From: Eledone cirrhosa
Taxonomy: Eukaryota
NCBI GenBank assembly: GCA_964016885.1
Contig: OZ024742.1
Location: 283,340,001-283,404,000, forward strand
Length of the DNA stretch: 64,000 nucleotides
Direction of reading: 5' to 3'
Of the stretch, positions 40,863 through 55,456 are shown in pieces. Both the position numbers and the translations under genes were made by a program. The notes under the pieces are model-generated. The model saw only the letters and a list, made by a program, of their open reading frames with translations. It searched no databases and was not told the DNA's origin. Each line of letters opens with the position of its first letter. Position 1 is the stretch's first letter.

Positions 40863-41507
40863 AATAATAATAAATGACAAACACAGAGCTTCAAAAGCAG
40901 TTAGGGTTGTTAGCTTCACGCTTTGGATGAAAGAGAGAAAAGAAGTTTAACGTATCGGACGTTAGTCGTTTGTCAGGAGAGTACAGACAGGTAGATCAGA
41001 AAATGAAAAATAAAAAAGGAGGATATGTGAGTGTGTTGCTTTTAATTTTGTATGTGTATCACCGTATATATTGGTGGAATGCTCTATATATTATGCGTGA
41101 TGGTGTCTATATATATATAAACATATAAATATATATGTATGTGTGTTTTGTATATCTTATTATATACTGTATGTTTACGAATACACATTTGAAAGCCTTT
41201 AGCTATGAATTTTGAAAGCTGATAGCGTAGCGCCATCTAGCCTTTCTGATTGATGGTCGTTATCAAGACAGCGTTCCCCTTACCCTGCTCCCTGCTGGAA
41301 TTCAATATAGGCGAAACATATAGTTTTGACGCCAATGTACATGAGCTGATTAGCCTCATTTCCATATGAAGTTGTCGTTTACATCAAGTGGGCAGCTCAT
41401 CTCCACAACAGAACACGTTTTCAATGTGTGGTCCCTAACAATGTATGTATGTATGTATGTATGTATGTATGTATGTATGTATGTATGTATGTATGTATGT
41501 ATGTATG

Positions 41508-41538
<31 letters not shown>

Positions 41539-41754
41539 GTATGTATGGAATATAACGGAATGTAATAACGTTAATGAATTGTAGAAAGAATTACCCAAAA
41601 GTTCTCAAGATAATGTTATTCACTTATTTGAACATTTTAAATACATTTATTCAAATATTTAAATGAATTCACGACACCGCACTCTTTCCGTTTGTCTACC
41701 GCTGTCCGTCTCTCTTTCATATATACAATCTGATACACACATATGTAGTCATAA

Positions 41755-42060
41755 ATATTGATACAGGAGAAGGAGGTCATCTACGGACCATTGATGAAGA
41801 GTTTACAAATCCAGTATCCAAGATACACCTTTAGCTTCATACCCATCATTATTGGAGCTACGGGTTATATACCAACCCCGCTTTGACCAAAGTATAACTG
41901 AACTTGGATTTGCGGACAAAAAGCGCAGCTCCCTAATCCATAGTCTACAAATGGCTGCGATAGCTGGCACCTTCAAAATTTGCAAAACATTCTTGCGATT
42001 CAAGGGATGACAATTTCTTTTCTTTTACAACCTTGCCACCAGGAAGGTGGCCGGTCAAAA
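41755..42060 (+). mobile_element. R4/Dong-like or other RLE LINE 3' remnant
   Basis: LQMAAIAGTFKICKTFLRFKG* resembles the RLE C-terminus. Confidence 0.5.
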
Positions 42061-42134
42061 AAATATACTCGAAATTAAGAGAAAGACATAACATACATAC
42101 ACACATACATACACACATACATACATATGCATAG

Positions 42135-42177
<43 letters not shown>

Positions 42178-42178
<1 letters not shown>

Positions 42179-42478
42179 ACGGGGGACACCGTAGTGGCAT
42201 ACGGCGTGTTTAGGGGTTTTAAACTTGACGGAAAATATCTCCTCTCATTGTCTGAACACATCTGATTTCTTCCAGAGGAGAAGGGAGAGAGTGGGTGACA
42301 GAGAGAAAATGAGAATGAAATATGGAAAAAGAGTCGACTCCAGTAGTAGACTGGTACTTTTTTTTATCAACCTTGAAGGCAAACTTGAGCTCGGCACGAT
42401 TTGAGCGCAGAGAGCCGGAACATATATCGCAAAGCATTCTATCTGCGTTCTAACAACCAGCCGCCAATTCGCCGCCTC
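42178..42478 (-). mobile_element. Long-tail SINE
   Basis: Reverse complement of the 9988 family. Confidence 0.75.
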
Positions 42479-42527
42479 ACATACATATACATACACACTC
42501 GCACACACTCGCACACACACACACACA

Positions 42528-42654
<127 letters not shown>

Positions 42655-42655
42655 G

Positions 42656-42701
<46 letters not shown>

Positions 42702-42739
42702 TATGCATATGCACAGATATACATATATATATATATATA

Positions 42740-44525
42740 TTTTCCAGCAGTCTTAGGCTTGTGCTCAAACCATTTTGTGGGTCACTCCAGCCTAAACTTT
42801 CCATACGGTTCTCTATGTACAATTCACGTGACGTTGTCATGACTCCTCTCGTACTCCTGTGCCAATACACTGCATGCATTATGTGGGTCACCGTTTCTCC
42901 TGTTACTCTACACAATCTTTACAATGGAGACTCTCTTATATGGTCAATATTAAACTTCACCTAGTTCATAATGCCTGCTCCTCAGCTGCATAGATCAAAG
43001 TTTCTGTTCCAGCCTTCAAATCTAATTTCTTCAAGCTGACCCAACTTTTTTCTTTGTCTATCCTATCATTACGCTGATCGGTTTCCATATCTCTAATAAA
43101 TTAAACATGCATTCTTTTCTTTTTCTTTCCACTTTCTAATTCTGTCTTTCTTCGTGCTCTGTTAGAATTCCTCTTTGCTTGCTATGGCAGTTTCCTGAGC
43201 GTATTATACCAGCTTGTCCCATACCAATAAAGAACTATTGATCACTATTTTTAATAAACCAGCCAAGTTCATTTTCCTCGCTTCTTATGTACACCTCACA
43301 TGTAATAAGCCGCCTATTTCCATTGTTTCTTATTGTATACAATCTATATGCATCGTTGTTTGCAATGAATGCTCGAAATATTGCGATTTTCTTCGTGGTT
43401 TTCTTGTCCAGTTCTTTGATTCCATCCTGTGTCCACCTTAGGATTCCTGCTCCATATCTCAAAACCGCAACTACCTATGTATTTATAGCAGACATTTTGT
43501 ACCTCCCATTCAACTTTAATTACATGATCAGTCCTACCCTCCTATAATATTCGCTGGCAAATAATTCTTTCATATCAAATTCCTTTATCTTGTCCATTTC
43601 CAAAACCCAAAGATACTTGTAACCATTCTCCTCTATGTCTTTCACCACCTTTCAGAAAGCTATATCCCATCTGTTTCAATCATTTTACCTCTCTTCATTA
43701 CTGACATGCCACACTTCTTAATGCCAAATTCCATGCCTGTATCTTTACTGATGAGATAATCCTATAGCATAAATTCCATGCCTGTATCTTTACTGATGAA
43801 ATACTCCTATAGTATAGTCAATTTGGTTCTGACTCTTCCAAAAAACTTAAGATCATCCATGAAAAATAAATGGTTGATCTCCAGCTGTCATCTGCACCAT
43901 TCGTATCCCTTATCAGTTTTCCTCAGTAGCAACGAAAGCAGTGCCATACACAGCACAAACCAAAAAGGCGATAGCCTTGAAAGATTCCTCTTTCTGTTCA
44001 TATCTCCTAGCATTATCGTCCCAGCAGAGCTCAGTTGTGTTTTCCAAGTTGTCATACCCAAAGACTATTGAATGTCAGTTAAGCTAGACAGAGAGACCTA
44101 TTTGGTAAGCGACTGCTGGCTTGGCGCATTCCTTTGTATTACAATCAACTATTTCGAATAATATTCAGCCAAGATACATACAGGAATCGCAAACACTATT
44201 CTTTATAAATGTTGTCACATTCTCCACAATCCTAAACACCCTTAGGCAGTCTAATATTCAGTTGTGGGGGACAAAATCGTGTGCTTTTCGAAAATCCACC
44301 CATGCCTTAGCCAAATTTATGTTTTCTCTTGCAATATTGCAGTATTGCTTTATCGATTAGCATCTGATCTTTAGACCTCTGCCTGTCTGTCTGTATTTTT
44401 TATGTTCTTCTGGGAGCATATTTTCAGCATCTATAAACAAATATATACATTCAACCAAAATTCCTGTTATTAGTTTCCACATAAGTAGAAAACATGATAT
44501 TGGCCGAAAGTTGTCAACTGCATTC
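42740..44525 (-). mobile_element. R4/Dong-clade LINE RT fragment, decayed
   Basis: NFRPISC, DFRKAHDFVPH, FMDDLK, YKYLG, LRYGAGILRWT and ETVTHI motifs in broken frames. Confidence 0.8.
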
Positions 44526-45014
44526 CGTTTTGAAAATTTAGAAGTTTCAACGTATTTTTAGCCTATGAAAAATAGCCTAACAAATTGGTCATAAAAGCCA
44601 CTGGTCTGAAAAATAATTTTTAAAAAAATACGTCGACGCTTTTAAAATTTCAATAAATACATATTCGCTCGATGTTTCTATATTTAGATTATGATCGAAT
44701 AATAAGACTTCAAAATAACGGAAAGTTTCGTCAGCCTCGCTTTGGAGCAATCAGTAGCTCGGCCCCTTCGGCATACGGCAGCTGTGAGTCGTATCCCATG
44801 GGTGATGCTGTCAACTTTTTTCTATCCAGGCCCTTTTATGCCCAATTTGTCAGGCTATTTTTCAAAGTAAAAAATATGTTGAAGCTTCTAAATGTTCAAT
44901 ATATACTGGAGATGTGAAGGGGAAAGCGACAGTGAAAGCAAAGTATAAGTGAACATCAAAACAAGAATAAATTGGAATTGGAACAATGATGGGGTCAATA
45001 AATGGTATGATAAG

Positions 45015-45420
45015 ACTATCTCCAAATATCGGTCACTCTCCGATAGGTTGGCGGTCGAGCCGTGGCAGTGCAGACATCTGGTGTCCATGGCCCTAAGACC
45101 ACCTCCCTACTCACCACCATCGGCATAGAGTTGACTACCTGCAGGTGTGATCCTCGCGATCTGGAATGGCTCTTCCAACGCGTCTCCCCTCATCCTCCTC
45201 CAGAGAAACGCCTTCTCTATTCTATCAGCCGGGGCCGTGGGGCGGCCAGCGCGTGGGCCCCCATTTACTCATAATAGTGAAAGATAGGGAGAGCAGGAGA
45301 GACGGAGGCAGTGACAGTGGGAGTTTGGTTCTTTTGTGTTCGGACCTGGTGTATATGTTTCACGGGCACACGCCCACGCATTTATATATATATTGTAGTT
45401 CTATTCTGACAGTTTCTTCC
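45015..45420 (+). mobile_element. CRE-clade retrotransposon 3' remnant
   Basis: SKYRSLSDR...AVQTSGVHGPKTTSLLTTIG...WLFQRVS, homologous to 19390-19812. Confidence 0.75.
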
Positions 45421-45780
45421 TTTGCACACCTCTCCTATGGAATTTTCTTCCGGCTTCTTGCTAAATGGAAACACAACCACATTAATAAACCATCTTCATA
45501 GCATCACAGACCCATAAAATACATGTTTGTTTTATGGCCAGCTAAAACAGCGCTATCAAACTTTCCGGCTCTGCTTCCATAAAAATAATTTTGAACTACA
45601 ATAACTTCCTGACTGCTTTTTCATGCCCTTTATTGACACCTTGATTGTTCCTATTCCATTTCATTATTGTTCTGATTTTTATTCTTACTTTATAATAATA
45701 TCTACATTCTACTTACCTTAAGTATGGTATTATAAGTTGAATAATGGTCTTACTAGTCTTAACTAATAACTTCTTATCTA

Positions 45781-45869
<89 letters not shown>

Positions 45870-45912
45870 ATCCATCTAGCTAGCTAGCTTTCTATCTATC
45901 TATCTATTTGTT

Positions 45913-46890
45913 AATCAGTCAGATATAGAAGATTCTTTCAAGGAGATTCTAGGAAATGTCGATTTTCTCCAGCGAGGAAAACAGTACGGAAGTGTTTCCG
46001 TACTGTTTAAAAGCGAGGCACTGGCCCAAAAAAACTCTGTGACACCAATAGTGTCAAAAGCATACACCTTTTTCCCTACATACATGGGGAAAAGGACACA
46101 AAAAATAAAAATAAAAAACATACCTCCAAGCATTAACATCTGGTGGATCTTGGCTGGCTTCGTAGAGCCAGAAACAGACATAATACTTTCGATACGAAAA
46201 TCCATTCGACAAAGGTGGGCGGGCACCGATTTGGAGATTCTGTTGCAAATGAAACCGGAGAGAATCTCCAAAATACCCGAAAGAGTCGTTATTGATAATA
46301 ACAACAAAATAAACATTTCGGTAGAAGGAAGAAAATTTCACTGCTTTCGCTGTGGTAGCACATCTCACCTAAAAGCCTCTTGTCCACAAACACACAACAG
46401 CAACATCATAAAAAAAACGCTATTACCAACACCAACACCAAAACAACCACCACCACCACCACAAGTACAACGACAGACGAAACGAGCAACCACACCAAAA
46501 CAAACAGACACTCAACCAACAACAACAGAAAAAACAGAGACAATACCCCTGAAAAACACATCCCCACTCCATCCCACTCCATCAAACACTACCACAAACA
46601 CACATACCGAAACACCACCACCACCACACAACATACCCTTACCCCACACACCTGACGATGATTATTCATCGACGGATGAAGCTGCTTCTCCTTCTTTAAG
46701 TGAAGAAGAGGGAGAACCGCGGAAATCCAAAAAACAAAAAAGAGACACCACAAAACCCCCAAAACTCCAATCACCAACACCAACACACAACCACAGACAC
46801 AAACAACAACACAAACAACACCACAGTCAAACATCCCCCTATCAGAAAAACCAGCACCAACACCACTCCAAACACAAGCACCCACCATAA
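45913..46890 (+). pseudogene. LINE ORF1 (gag-like zinc knuckle), apparently 5'-truncated and frameshifted
   Basis: CFRCGSTSHLKASC; the frame is open from about 45913; a probable frameshifted continuation runs to 47246. Confidence 0.75.
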
Positions 46891-47287
46891 AAAGAAAACT
46901 CCCGGACGAACAACAAACTAAAACAACACAACAAAAACACAAACAACAATACGCATACATCAACACAAACAACAAGAGTTTGATGGAGGTCATCTCCCAA
47001 AACCCCAAGGTGGAGACGGAGGGCAAAACTTTCGTCAAGGCAGAATCGTCTCCACACCTTAAACTTATAAGGGTTTCTATGGAAACCTATAAAGACCTGA
47101 AAATTAAATTTTCACAGGACGTGGGCAACCCCTGCCACAAACCCATCAACCGCGTCCTGTTGAAAGGTTTCCCCACCCCACCCAACACCCCATCCAGCAC
47201 CCAAATGGAGATTGAACAACCCGATCTCCAGGAAACGAAAAGGTAAGTGCACCTTTCGTCCTTTTTCTCCAACTTTTCTTCACCAAC

Positions 47288-50200
47288 ATGGCTGGTTTAC
47301 GAGTTGGAACCGTGAATGTGCGTGGCCTAGGGATGCCCTGGAAACAGGGCCAACTTTTAAACGACCTTAGGTCACACAGTATGGATGTGATAGCCATCAC
47401 CGAGTCCAGAATCCACAACAGGCAGCAACTAACCCCCATCTTCGACGACTTTGAGATCTACGCATCTCTCTGTCAGCCAGGAGGTGGAGGTGGAGTGGCT
47501 GTTATGTTTCGGAAGAACCTGGACGTCGGAGTACAGCAAGTACACTTGGACCCGGAGGGTAGACTGGTAGTCCTAGACGTGAACAGTATCGGAGGTGGAG
47601 CCTTCAGACTGGTGGCCGTTTATGCCCCGACCGGGCAATCGCAATCACGGCCAGACTTCTTTAAGCGTCTAGAGTCTTTTCTGGGAACGTCTCGCTCCTT
47701 ACTTTTAGTGGGGGACTGGAATGGTATCCTAGATGCACGATGGGACTATGTGGGAGCATGTCCCAGTAGAGCGGGGTGCAACAGCCTCAAAACTTTAATC
47801 GGCCAATTCCAACTGGCCGATAGGTATCGACTGGATTTCCCGACTGCACCACAGTGGACGTGGGTAAACCGCAGTGGGACATCTAGATCGTATTTAGATA
47901 GGTTCTTCATTAGAGAAAGGGACAAGGATATGTTAAGCTGTCCACGAATGCACATGGTTGCCTATTCAGATCACAAGTTAGTCGTCTGCTTAGTCAACCG
48001 TGATAGAATACATAGACAGGGTCCCGGATACTGGAAGCTGAACGTGTCGTTGCCGGCACGTAAAGCTTACAGTGAACGGATAAGTAAACTAGTCAAGCAA
48101 CAGTTAACGGGAGCCATCGTCAACAATAGATGGTGGTACTCTCTCAAGAAAGCAATTAGAATAGAATCGATAGGGTATAGCAGAGAGTTAGCCTTAGAGA
48201 AAAACAGAATAGAAAGAGAACTAGTAGCCAAGGTAGAGGAGGCACTTAGAAGTGGCAACGCGGCTAGAGTGTTAGCGTCGAGAACGGCACTGGACCAGTT
48301 CTTCGATGCGAAACACGAAGGCTGCGTGGTCAGAAGCAAAACACGTGCTCTAGGACACGAAGGAGCGAAAGCTGTCAGCTGGGCCCGAGTGGCGGAGGCA
48401 AAAAGTGGCAACAAGTCCACGATTCGGTCTTTGAAAGACCAAAACGGACGCGTGCTACTTGACCCCAAGCAAATGTGCGCGGCCTTTCAGCAGCACTTTG
48501 TGCCACTGTTTGAGCAGAACGACGGTGAGCCGAACGGGACAATGGACTTTAGTTCATACCTCGACAGCCTGCCGCGTCTCTCGAACACGGACGCTGAGTT
48601 CTGCGAAAGACCGATCACGGACACTGAGATACGGGACGCTCTGGGCCGCTGCGGGAAACGCAAGTCACCCGGTCTAGATGGTCTACCCTACGAATTTTAC
48701 ATAGGCATGCCGGACTTGTTATCTGGCGTCCTCGAAGCCCTCTACTGCAATTGGCAGCAGAAAGGGAGAATTCCCAGTTCTGCAGGCAAGGGCGTAGTAA
48801 CGCTGATCAGGAAAGACGAGAACAAGGGGGACGAAATTAACAACTTCAGGCCCATAACTCTGCTCAACACAGAGTTAAAGATTTTGGCCAAGGTGCTAGC
48901 GACGAGGTTGGCGCTTGTCGTCGAGAACCTGGTAGGGAAAGCGCAAACGTGTGCAATCCCGACCAGGTCCATACACGACAACTTCCACCTCATGCGATAC
49001 ATCATAGAGAGGGTGGGTAGTAAACTCGGCTTCGGTGGGGCTCTGATCAATTTGGATCAGTCTAAGGCATTCGATAGGGTCGACCATCGATACTTGGAAG
49101 CGGTTCTCAAGGCGGCCGGTTTCGGTCCCGTGTTCAGAGGATGGATCGAGGCGATGCACACCAGCATCTGCTCGAGGGTCAAGGTGAACGGCTACCTATC
49201 GGAGCCGTTCGCAATCACGCGTTCCATTCGACAGGGGTTCCCTCTCTCCTCCATTCTGTATGTATTGACTCTAGAGCCACTACTACGGAAATTGGAGCTG
49301 TTGCAGGGCATCCCTCTAGAACCGGGACTACTCAAAGCGGCGTTGGCTTATGCCGACGACGTGACGGTAATGGTGTCAAAACCTCGGAAATCGGGGTGAT
49401 CGGCAACTTACTGAAAGAATACGAAACGCTGACGGGAGCAAAACTAAACCCGGACAAGTCTGTCGGTTTGCAACTCGGTACGTGGAGAGGCAAACCGATG
49501 ACGTCCGACAGCGTCGTTGGACGCTGGATGGACGGACCGGTGAAATTGCTCGGGGTCTGGTTCGATCCAGACCTCTAGGTGGAGAAAAACTGGAACGAGA
49601 TCACGGCCAAGGTGTTTACACTCGCCCAGAAGTGGGCAGAGTGCAAACTGTCCTTGAAAGGTCGAGCGGAGGTGGCGAACATTTTCATAGCGTCTGTCAT
49701 CTACTACCGCTTGACTGTCGTGCCTTGTCCCTGTGAACACCTCGCCAAGATCGAACGCATGCTCTTCCAATTTCTGTGGAAGAAGCAGGTTCCGCTGGTG
49801 AGGAGATCCGTCTGCTGTCAGCACCCTTCCAACGGAGGGCTGGGAATGCCGTGGCTGATGATGCGCAAACATGCGCTGAAGTTGCGGCATCTCCATGTAT
49901 TTCTCACCGACCCCCAACCGGTGTGGGCCCGTTTGTGAGAGAGGCTTTCTCACAGCTCGTCTCGCTGACGGAGCTGCAGTCCTGGGTCAAGAAAAGACCG
50001 AAAACGATGGGCGCCTGGCTCAGGCGCTCACAGTCCTCTGGCAAGCGGGCGCAGCAATCAGTGGAGACTCCACTTCGACATTCTATAGAGGGATTGTACG
50101 TTACAAGGGCGACGACGTGCTCGGAGAGACTGTTTGGTAGGACTTTCCGCCCGGGACCTATGGACAACTTCCAGAGGTCCCTGGCCTGGCAGTGTTACCG

Positions 50201-50687
50201 AGGAGCTCTACCGGTTCGAGACAAGATCTACAGGCACGGACGCCCTGGCATGGATCTTTCCAAGAGGACGTGTCCAAGATGCGAGCAGGACATTGAAACA
50301 GTCCTGCACGCAATTGTACACTGCCCGTGCGTAACCGACCTGTGGAATTATGCAGAACAATTGCTGTCGCGTATGGGATAAATCCAGTTGACTTCCGAGT
50401 CCATAGTAAGGATCAAACCGCCAGCCTCTTTCAAAAACGAAAGAGAGGCGGTTTTCCTCTGTACGGTGGCTATGGTGAATGAAGTTATATGGTGGACGAG
50501 ATTGAGAGGACTGAGGACAGATGCCTTTCTCTCCGGACAACAATTGATTCCCTTCTTTAAGTATCACTTTAGAAGGAGAATCAGAGAGGAGAGAGAGGCA
50601 CTGCACCCCAGTAAATTTACTGAAATGTGGGTGAATGAAGCGAAAATGGCCCGAATGATTGGGCCTTCTCTGTTTATAAGCCTGTAG
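47288..50687 (+). pseudogene. LINE ORF2 (APE endonuclease, RT, zinc finger), disrupted
   Basis: TVNVRGL, GDWN, SDH, FRPITLLN, LDQSKAFDRV, RQGFPLS, AYADD, CPRC...H...C. Open for 703 aa, then a frameshift near 49380, a stop at 49576-49578 and further lesions. Confidence 0.92.
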
Positions 50688-50940
50688 GTTGAAGAAGAGA
50701 GCAAAAGGAAGAAAGGAGCACTTGCACAACACGCTCCTGAAGTTGAGGGTTGTTCTATCGACGGAGTATTAAACAACCCATTGGTGTCTCCCCCCTATTG
50801 GGGATTTCAATTGTTTGTTTTTATATTTTTTACACGACTGTATGTAAAATCCCCGGCATGTCTTTGTATTGTCCCCTTTTCTTGTGCGCCCTTGTGGCAA
50901 ATAAAGAAATATATCTATCTAGCTCTTTATCTATCTATCT

Positions 50941-51335
50941 ATAACAACTGATTCTTTTTATCAAATACCACTTTGGAAGAAGAATCAGGATGGAGAGAGA
51001 GGTGCTGTACCCCAGCAAGTTTTATGAAAGGTGGGTGAAAGTGGCGAGAATGGCCCGAGTGAATGGGCCTTCTCTCTATATCAGCCTGTAGATTGAGGAA
51101 AAGGAGGAGGAGAGGAAAGGAGTATAAGCTCTTCGTACTCCTGGAGATGAGGGTTGCACATTTTTTTCGGGGGTATGTGTTACCCATATAAACTGTCTCC
51201 CTCTATTGGGGAAAATCGACTAACTTTTAAATTCCATCTGTGATAACATTTTACACGTTTTTATTGTATGTAAACTTCCCCCTTTGTATTTGTCCCCTTC
51301 TTTTGTGCCCCTGTGGCTAATAAAGAAATATATCT
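50941..51335 (+). mobile_element. Second, diverged 3' end of a related L1/Tx1 element in tandem
   Basis: Homologous to 50538-50915; ends aataaagaaatatatctatct. Confidence 0.85.
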
Positions 51336-51346
51336 ATCTATCTATC

Positions 51347-51430
<84 letters not shown>

Positions 51431-51452
51431 GCCTATTTTTATATATTTTCAG

Positions 51453-51554
51453 GAAAACGGTTTCACTCCATTAATAATTGCTGCCAATGAAACCAAATAC
51501 ATCATCGCGGAACGTCTCATCGACCTGGGAGCCAATATTAATGCGCAGGCGCAT
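51453..51554 (+). CDS. nompC: Next coding exon: ankyrin repeat of the same TRPN/NompC-like gene
   Basis: Acceptor TTTTCAG|GAA and donor CAT|GTAGGT; 102 nt, phase 0 at both ends, matching the donor at 1261. Encodes ENGFTPLIIAANETKYIIAERLIDLGANINAQAH, an ankyrin repeat similar to the recalled NompC first repeat (GMTPLMYATKDNKTAIMDRMIELGADV). Confidence 0.8.
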
Positions 51555-51789
51555 GTAGGTCATCTGGTGGCTTCCAGAGTCTTGGCATTTGTCTTCTCTG
51601 TGATTTCACCATTTTATTTATTTTGTTATTGTTGTTAATGTTATTTTTGTATGATCAAAATATGGTAAGGAATAGAGCCATATTTATTCTTCGTCTTTTA
51701 CTTTCTCCTTTCTTTTATTAGGCAAAGAAGAATACCCACATCTTTCGTTCTTCAAACATATTACAGACCTCTACCGATCACTTCTCTTT

Positions 51790-52339
51790 AGCCAAAGCCA
51801 TCTCTGTTTTTGTTCCCGCAGGAGTCAAAATCAAGGCTGCAAGCTATGAAGAACTCATCATTGAGTCTGTGGTGAAACATTTGAGCCAAAAATTGTTCAA
51901 CGGTGGCCCCTTTCTCTTCCAGTAGGATGGAACACCTGCCCACACTGTTAACATGACTCAGAGGTGGCTTCATGACAGTGTCCTAGATTTCTTGTCCAAG
52001 GAAAAATAGCCTCCCTCAAGCCCAGACCTCTTTAGCATTTGGTCTATCTTGGAGACCAATGCTTGTGCTAAATCTCATCGTTCAGTCGCTGCTTTGAAGA
52101 GGCCTCTGCAGCATGAATGGGATAAAATACTACTAGAAGTCTTGTGTGCCGCTGTTGAAGCAGTGCCTGGTAGACTTAAGGCTGTAATAAAGAAACTAGG
52201 TGGATTTATTGAATAATGTTTTGCTGTAACATTGCTGAAAATGTTAAAAACAAGTGTGCAAGTTTTCAAGTAAATTGGTTCAGATTTGGCTGAAATACAT
52301 TGTTTAATCTTTGTAACAGAACTTTTGGGTCACCCTGTA
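51790..52339 (+). mobile_element. Tc1/mariner (maT/DD37D-like) transposase remnant with right TIR
   Basis: GVKIKAASYEE...FQ*DGTPAHT...PPSSPDL..IWSILE...RLKAVIKKLGGFIE*; ends cttttgggtcaccctgta. Confidence 0.85.
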
Positions 52340-54165
52340 GATGCCCTCTCTGTTACTTCCACGTAATGTCCAGGGTTCTGTAGGCTTTGCTAAAATAGCT
52401 AACTGCAAACCGTCGACTGCCAACACCCACTGGCATTCATCTGGTCCTCCACTCGTTCCTGTGGCACTCATTCACCAACTGATACTTTCCTTCCTTTCTC
52501 GCCTGTGCCTCCTCCATCCCTCTCAGGCAAAACTCAGATCCGCTAGCAGTTTTAGAGTCTTTTCTGCACTCATTCATGCTCCTTGACAAATATGATGTTC
52601 CTAGTTGTAGCATATGCGTGCCTACTATCGCTGATTCCCTTGCTGACTGATTAAACGATGGTTTGATGAAGGGGCTGGTCATATTTCCAGCGATATCGCC
52701 TTCCGCCCGTGCTTTGAAGCAGCTGCTCGGGATATACTGAAGGATTTCTGCATTAGACTAAAGGAAGCATTTTTCTGTTTGCACTTTAGTCCATAAAAAT
52801 AGGTTGAAAGGGCCGGGGAGAACATCATAGACGCACTGAATCAAGAACTTGATCCGTTGAAGATTACACTGCTAAATGCCCTCCACTGATTTGGTTGTTC
52901 CCTGCACCAATTTCTGTCTCCCTTTCCTGCTTGTAGTGTCCAATCGTATTGATGGTGAACTGCCGAGTCCAGCCTTGCTCTATGCCATGCGCTCGAAAAG
53001 AGCCTTGTACTTTAGCCGTCCCTCAGTCTGGTAGAAATACGTACATACCATACAAACATGCCATACATATGCACTATACATACACATATAGAGATGCTTG
53101 TGTATATATGTATACATATTATACTTATACACCTATATCATCATCATCATCATCATCATCAATGTTCTTGTTATTATCGTTATCATTTTAAGCTGAAACT
53201 TCGCCAGGTGCAACTGAGTTTCATGCTACAGATACTTAAACAATAACAGAAATGAATCCACTTTCATATATTCATATACGAAAAAAGTTAATCGATGAAT
53301 ATGAGACGAACTTTGAGAAAAAAAACCTTTTGAAGTATAGAACAATATTGTACCAAGGCTCTCCGGCGTTCAGCCAATAATCATTGTAAAATATCTTAAC
53401 ACAAATTTCTATTTATGATGACAAAAGGAAATTGGGTTTGAACGAGTATTTTATGATGGAACCCTACGGAATAAGATATACATGTTTCTGAAACGCAAAG
53501 GTTACAACTGTTATTGGCCTGTATATAATATTTGGCATATTCTCATATTTTCTAAATCATTTTAAAGATGCTGACAGCGTTATTTTTTAAAAACTAAATA
53601 ACTTTGACGAATTTCTATCAGAACTTCTTTTTATCAAATTTCTGAAAGTAAACTAGTGCTGATTAAATCTTAACTTGAAAGAATTTAACTCAACCCGATG
53701 TAATATTTAGAAATTTAATGATTAGGTGTAAATACTTTCACACAATAAATTATTTAATCGACATCTTATGGAGCTAAAACTATCGCACAAACGGGGGTAA
53801 ATTGGATGTTGGTAGGTAGCCTCCCAAGATATTTGCTATTTCTATGAAAAAGAAATTGAGTACAATTAAAACATAGTTCAACATTATTTGTATTAAAAAT
53901 ATTAATAGTTTCTTTTTTAATATTTAGTAGATGAAAGGAAATCTTAACATTACTTGCACACATATTAAGCCTAAACGATGCATTATACTAAATAAATTTA
54001 CGTGTTTTATTGTCTATATCTGGGAATTAATATTATTATTCATGTAATAAACCTTATCCTTAAACTCCCTGCATTTTAACGCTTCGATAAGATACATTAC
54101 ATATATTACATTAATATTAGATAGATGTATACTAACATTTTTCACTAAATTACATTAGTTTTTAC

Positions 54166-54580
54166 AGGCGCCGTATTGGCAGAGTCGTTAGAACGTTGGA
54201 TAGAATGCTTTGCGATATTCGTTCTTGCTCTTTGCCCTCTGAGTTTAAAACAAGCCGAGGTCCTTTCCTTTTAATCCTTTCGGGGTTGATAAAAAACGTA
54301 CCAGTCTAGTACTAGGGTCGATTCTTCTTTGTCTCTTTCTCACTTCCTCTTTATCTCCTCTTCTTCTTCTTCTTCTTCTTCTTCTTCTTCTTCTTCTTCT
54401 TCTTCTTCTTCTTCTTCTTCTTCTTCTTCTTCTTCTTCTTCTTCTTCTCCTCCTTCTTTTTCTTCTTCGGCTGTGTTCAGACCGGGAGAAAAGATGGGTT
54501 CCGTCAAATTCAAAATGCTCAAAACACACTGCATTTCACCAGAGCACACCTACAACTCTATCAGGAGTTACGGGTCCATG
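54166..54580 (+). mobile_element. Long-tail SINE with internal (CTT)n expansion
   Basis: Head and tail match the 9988 family. Confidence 0.75.
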
Positions 54581-54679
54581 CATACATATTTGTTTTAATT
54601 ATACAAACACATTAATTTAGTTTGACTCGTCATCTCAATAAGAGATCCCACCTCGGATTTATGGAGTTGTATATCACTG

Positions 54680-54975
54680 ATGCGTGACAAGAAGAAAAGC
54701 ACATAGATCCGACAACAACCTGGAGTCAGAAACATAATAACAACCATCAAGACGAACAAACACAGATGGGCTGGCCACATCTCGCGACTCAGTGACAACA
54801 GATGGACGATCAGGGTGACAGAATGGACACCAAGAAAATGGACAAGATCAAAAGGACGTCCAAGGACAAGATGATGAGACGACCTCACCGACCACCTAGG
54901 AGCCTCATGGCCAAGACTGACAAGGGACAGAAGTCGGTGGAAGGAGTCCAGATAGGGGTTCCTCCTCTATGAGTG
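54680..54975 (+). mobile_element. RTE LINE 3' fragment
   Basis: KHRWAGHISRLSDNRWTIRVTEWTPR...GRPRTR. Confidence 0.85.
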
Positions 54976-55339
54976 ATTTCAAGGCCCTGGATCAAGATAT
55001 ACAACTACACAGTCCAATGTTATCTTCTTTACATTTATAGCCTGTCGACCAACCACGTAGAGATTCTTTTAAAATCGTTTCTTTCTATTTGTTTATCTGT
55101 GTTATGTTTGTTTGCGGAATTTTATCGTTATCATTATCATTATTGTTTACCTGTTCGTTCAGCCTAGTCATATGTATATGTCAATAGTTGTAATAGCTTG
55201 AAAAACTACCGAAGACCAGAATTACAATAAATTAAGGTTGTGCTGATTTTTATGGGTTTTTTTTCTGGTTAACGTTCGTTATTGGACACACGCACAAACA
55301 GATGCACACGCTCACACACACACACACATACACACGCAC

Positions 55340-55456
<117 letters not shown>

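Larger units (their letters stand above)
45910..50915 (+). mobile_element. Near-full-length L1/Tx1-clade LINE
   Basis: ORF1 with a CCHC knuckle, ORF2 with APE, RT and C-terminal zinc finger, AATAAA, and (ATCT)n at both ends. Confidence 0.93.
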
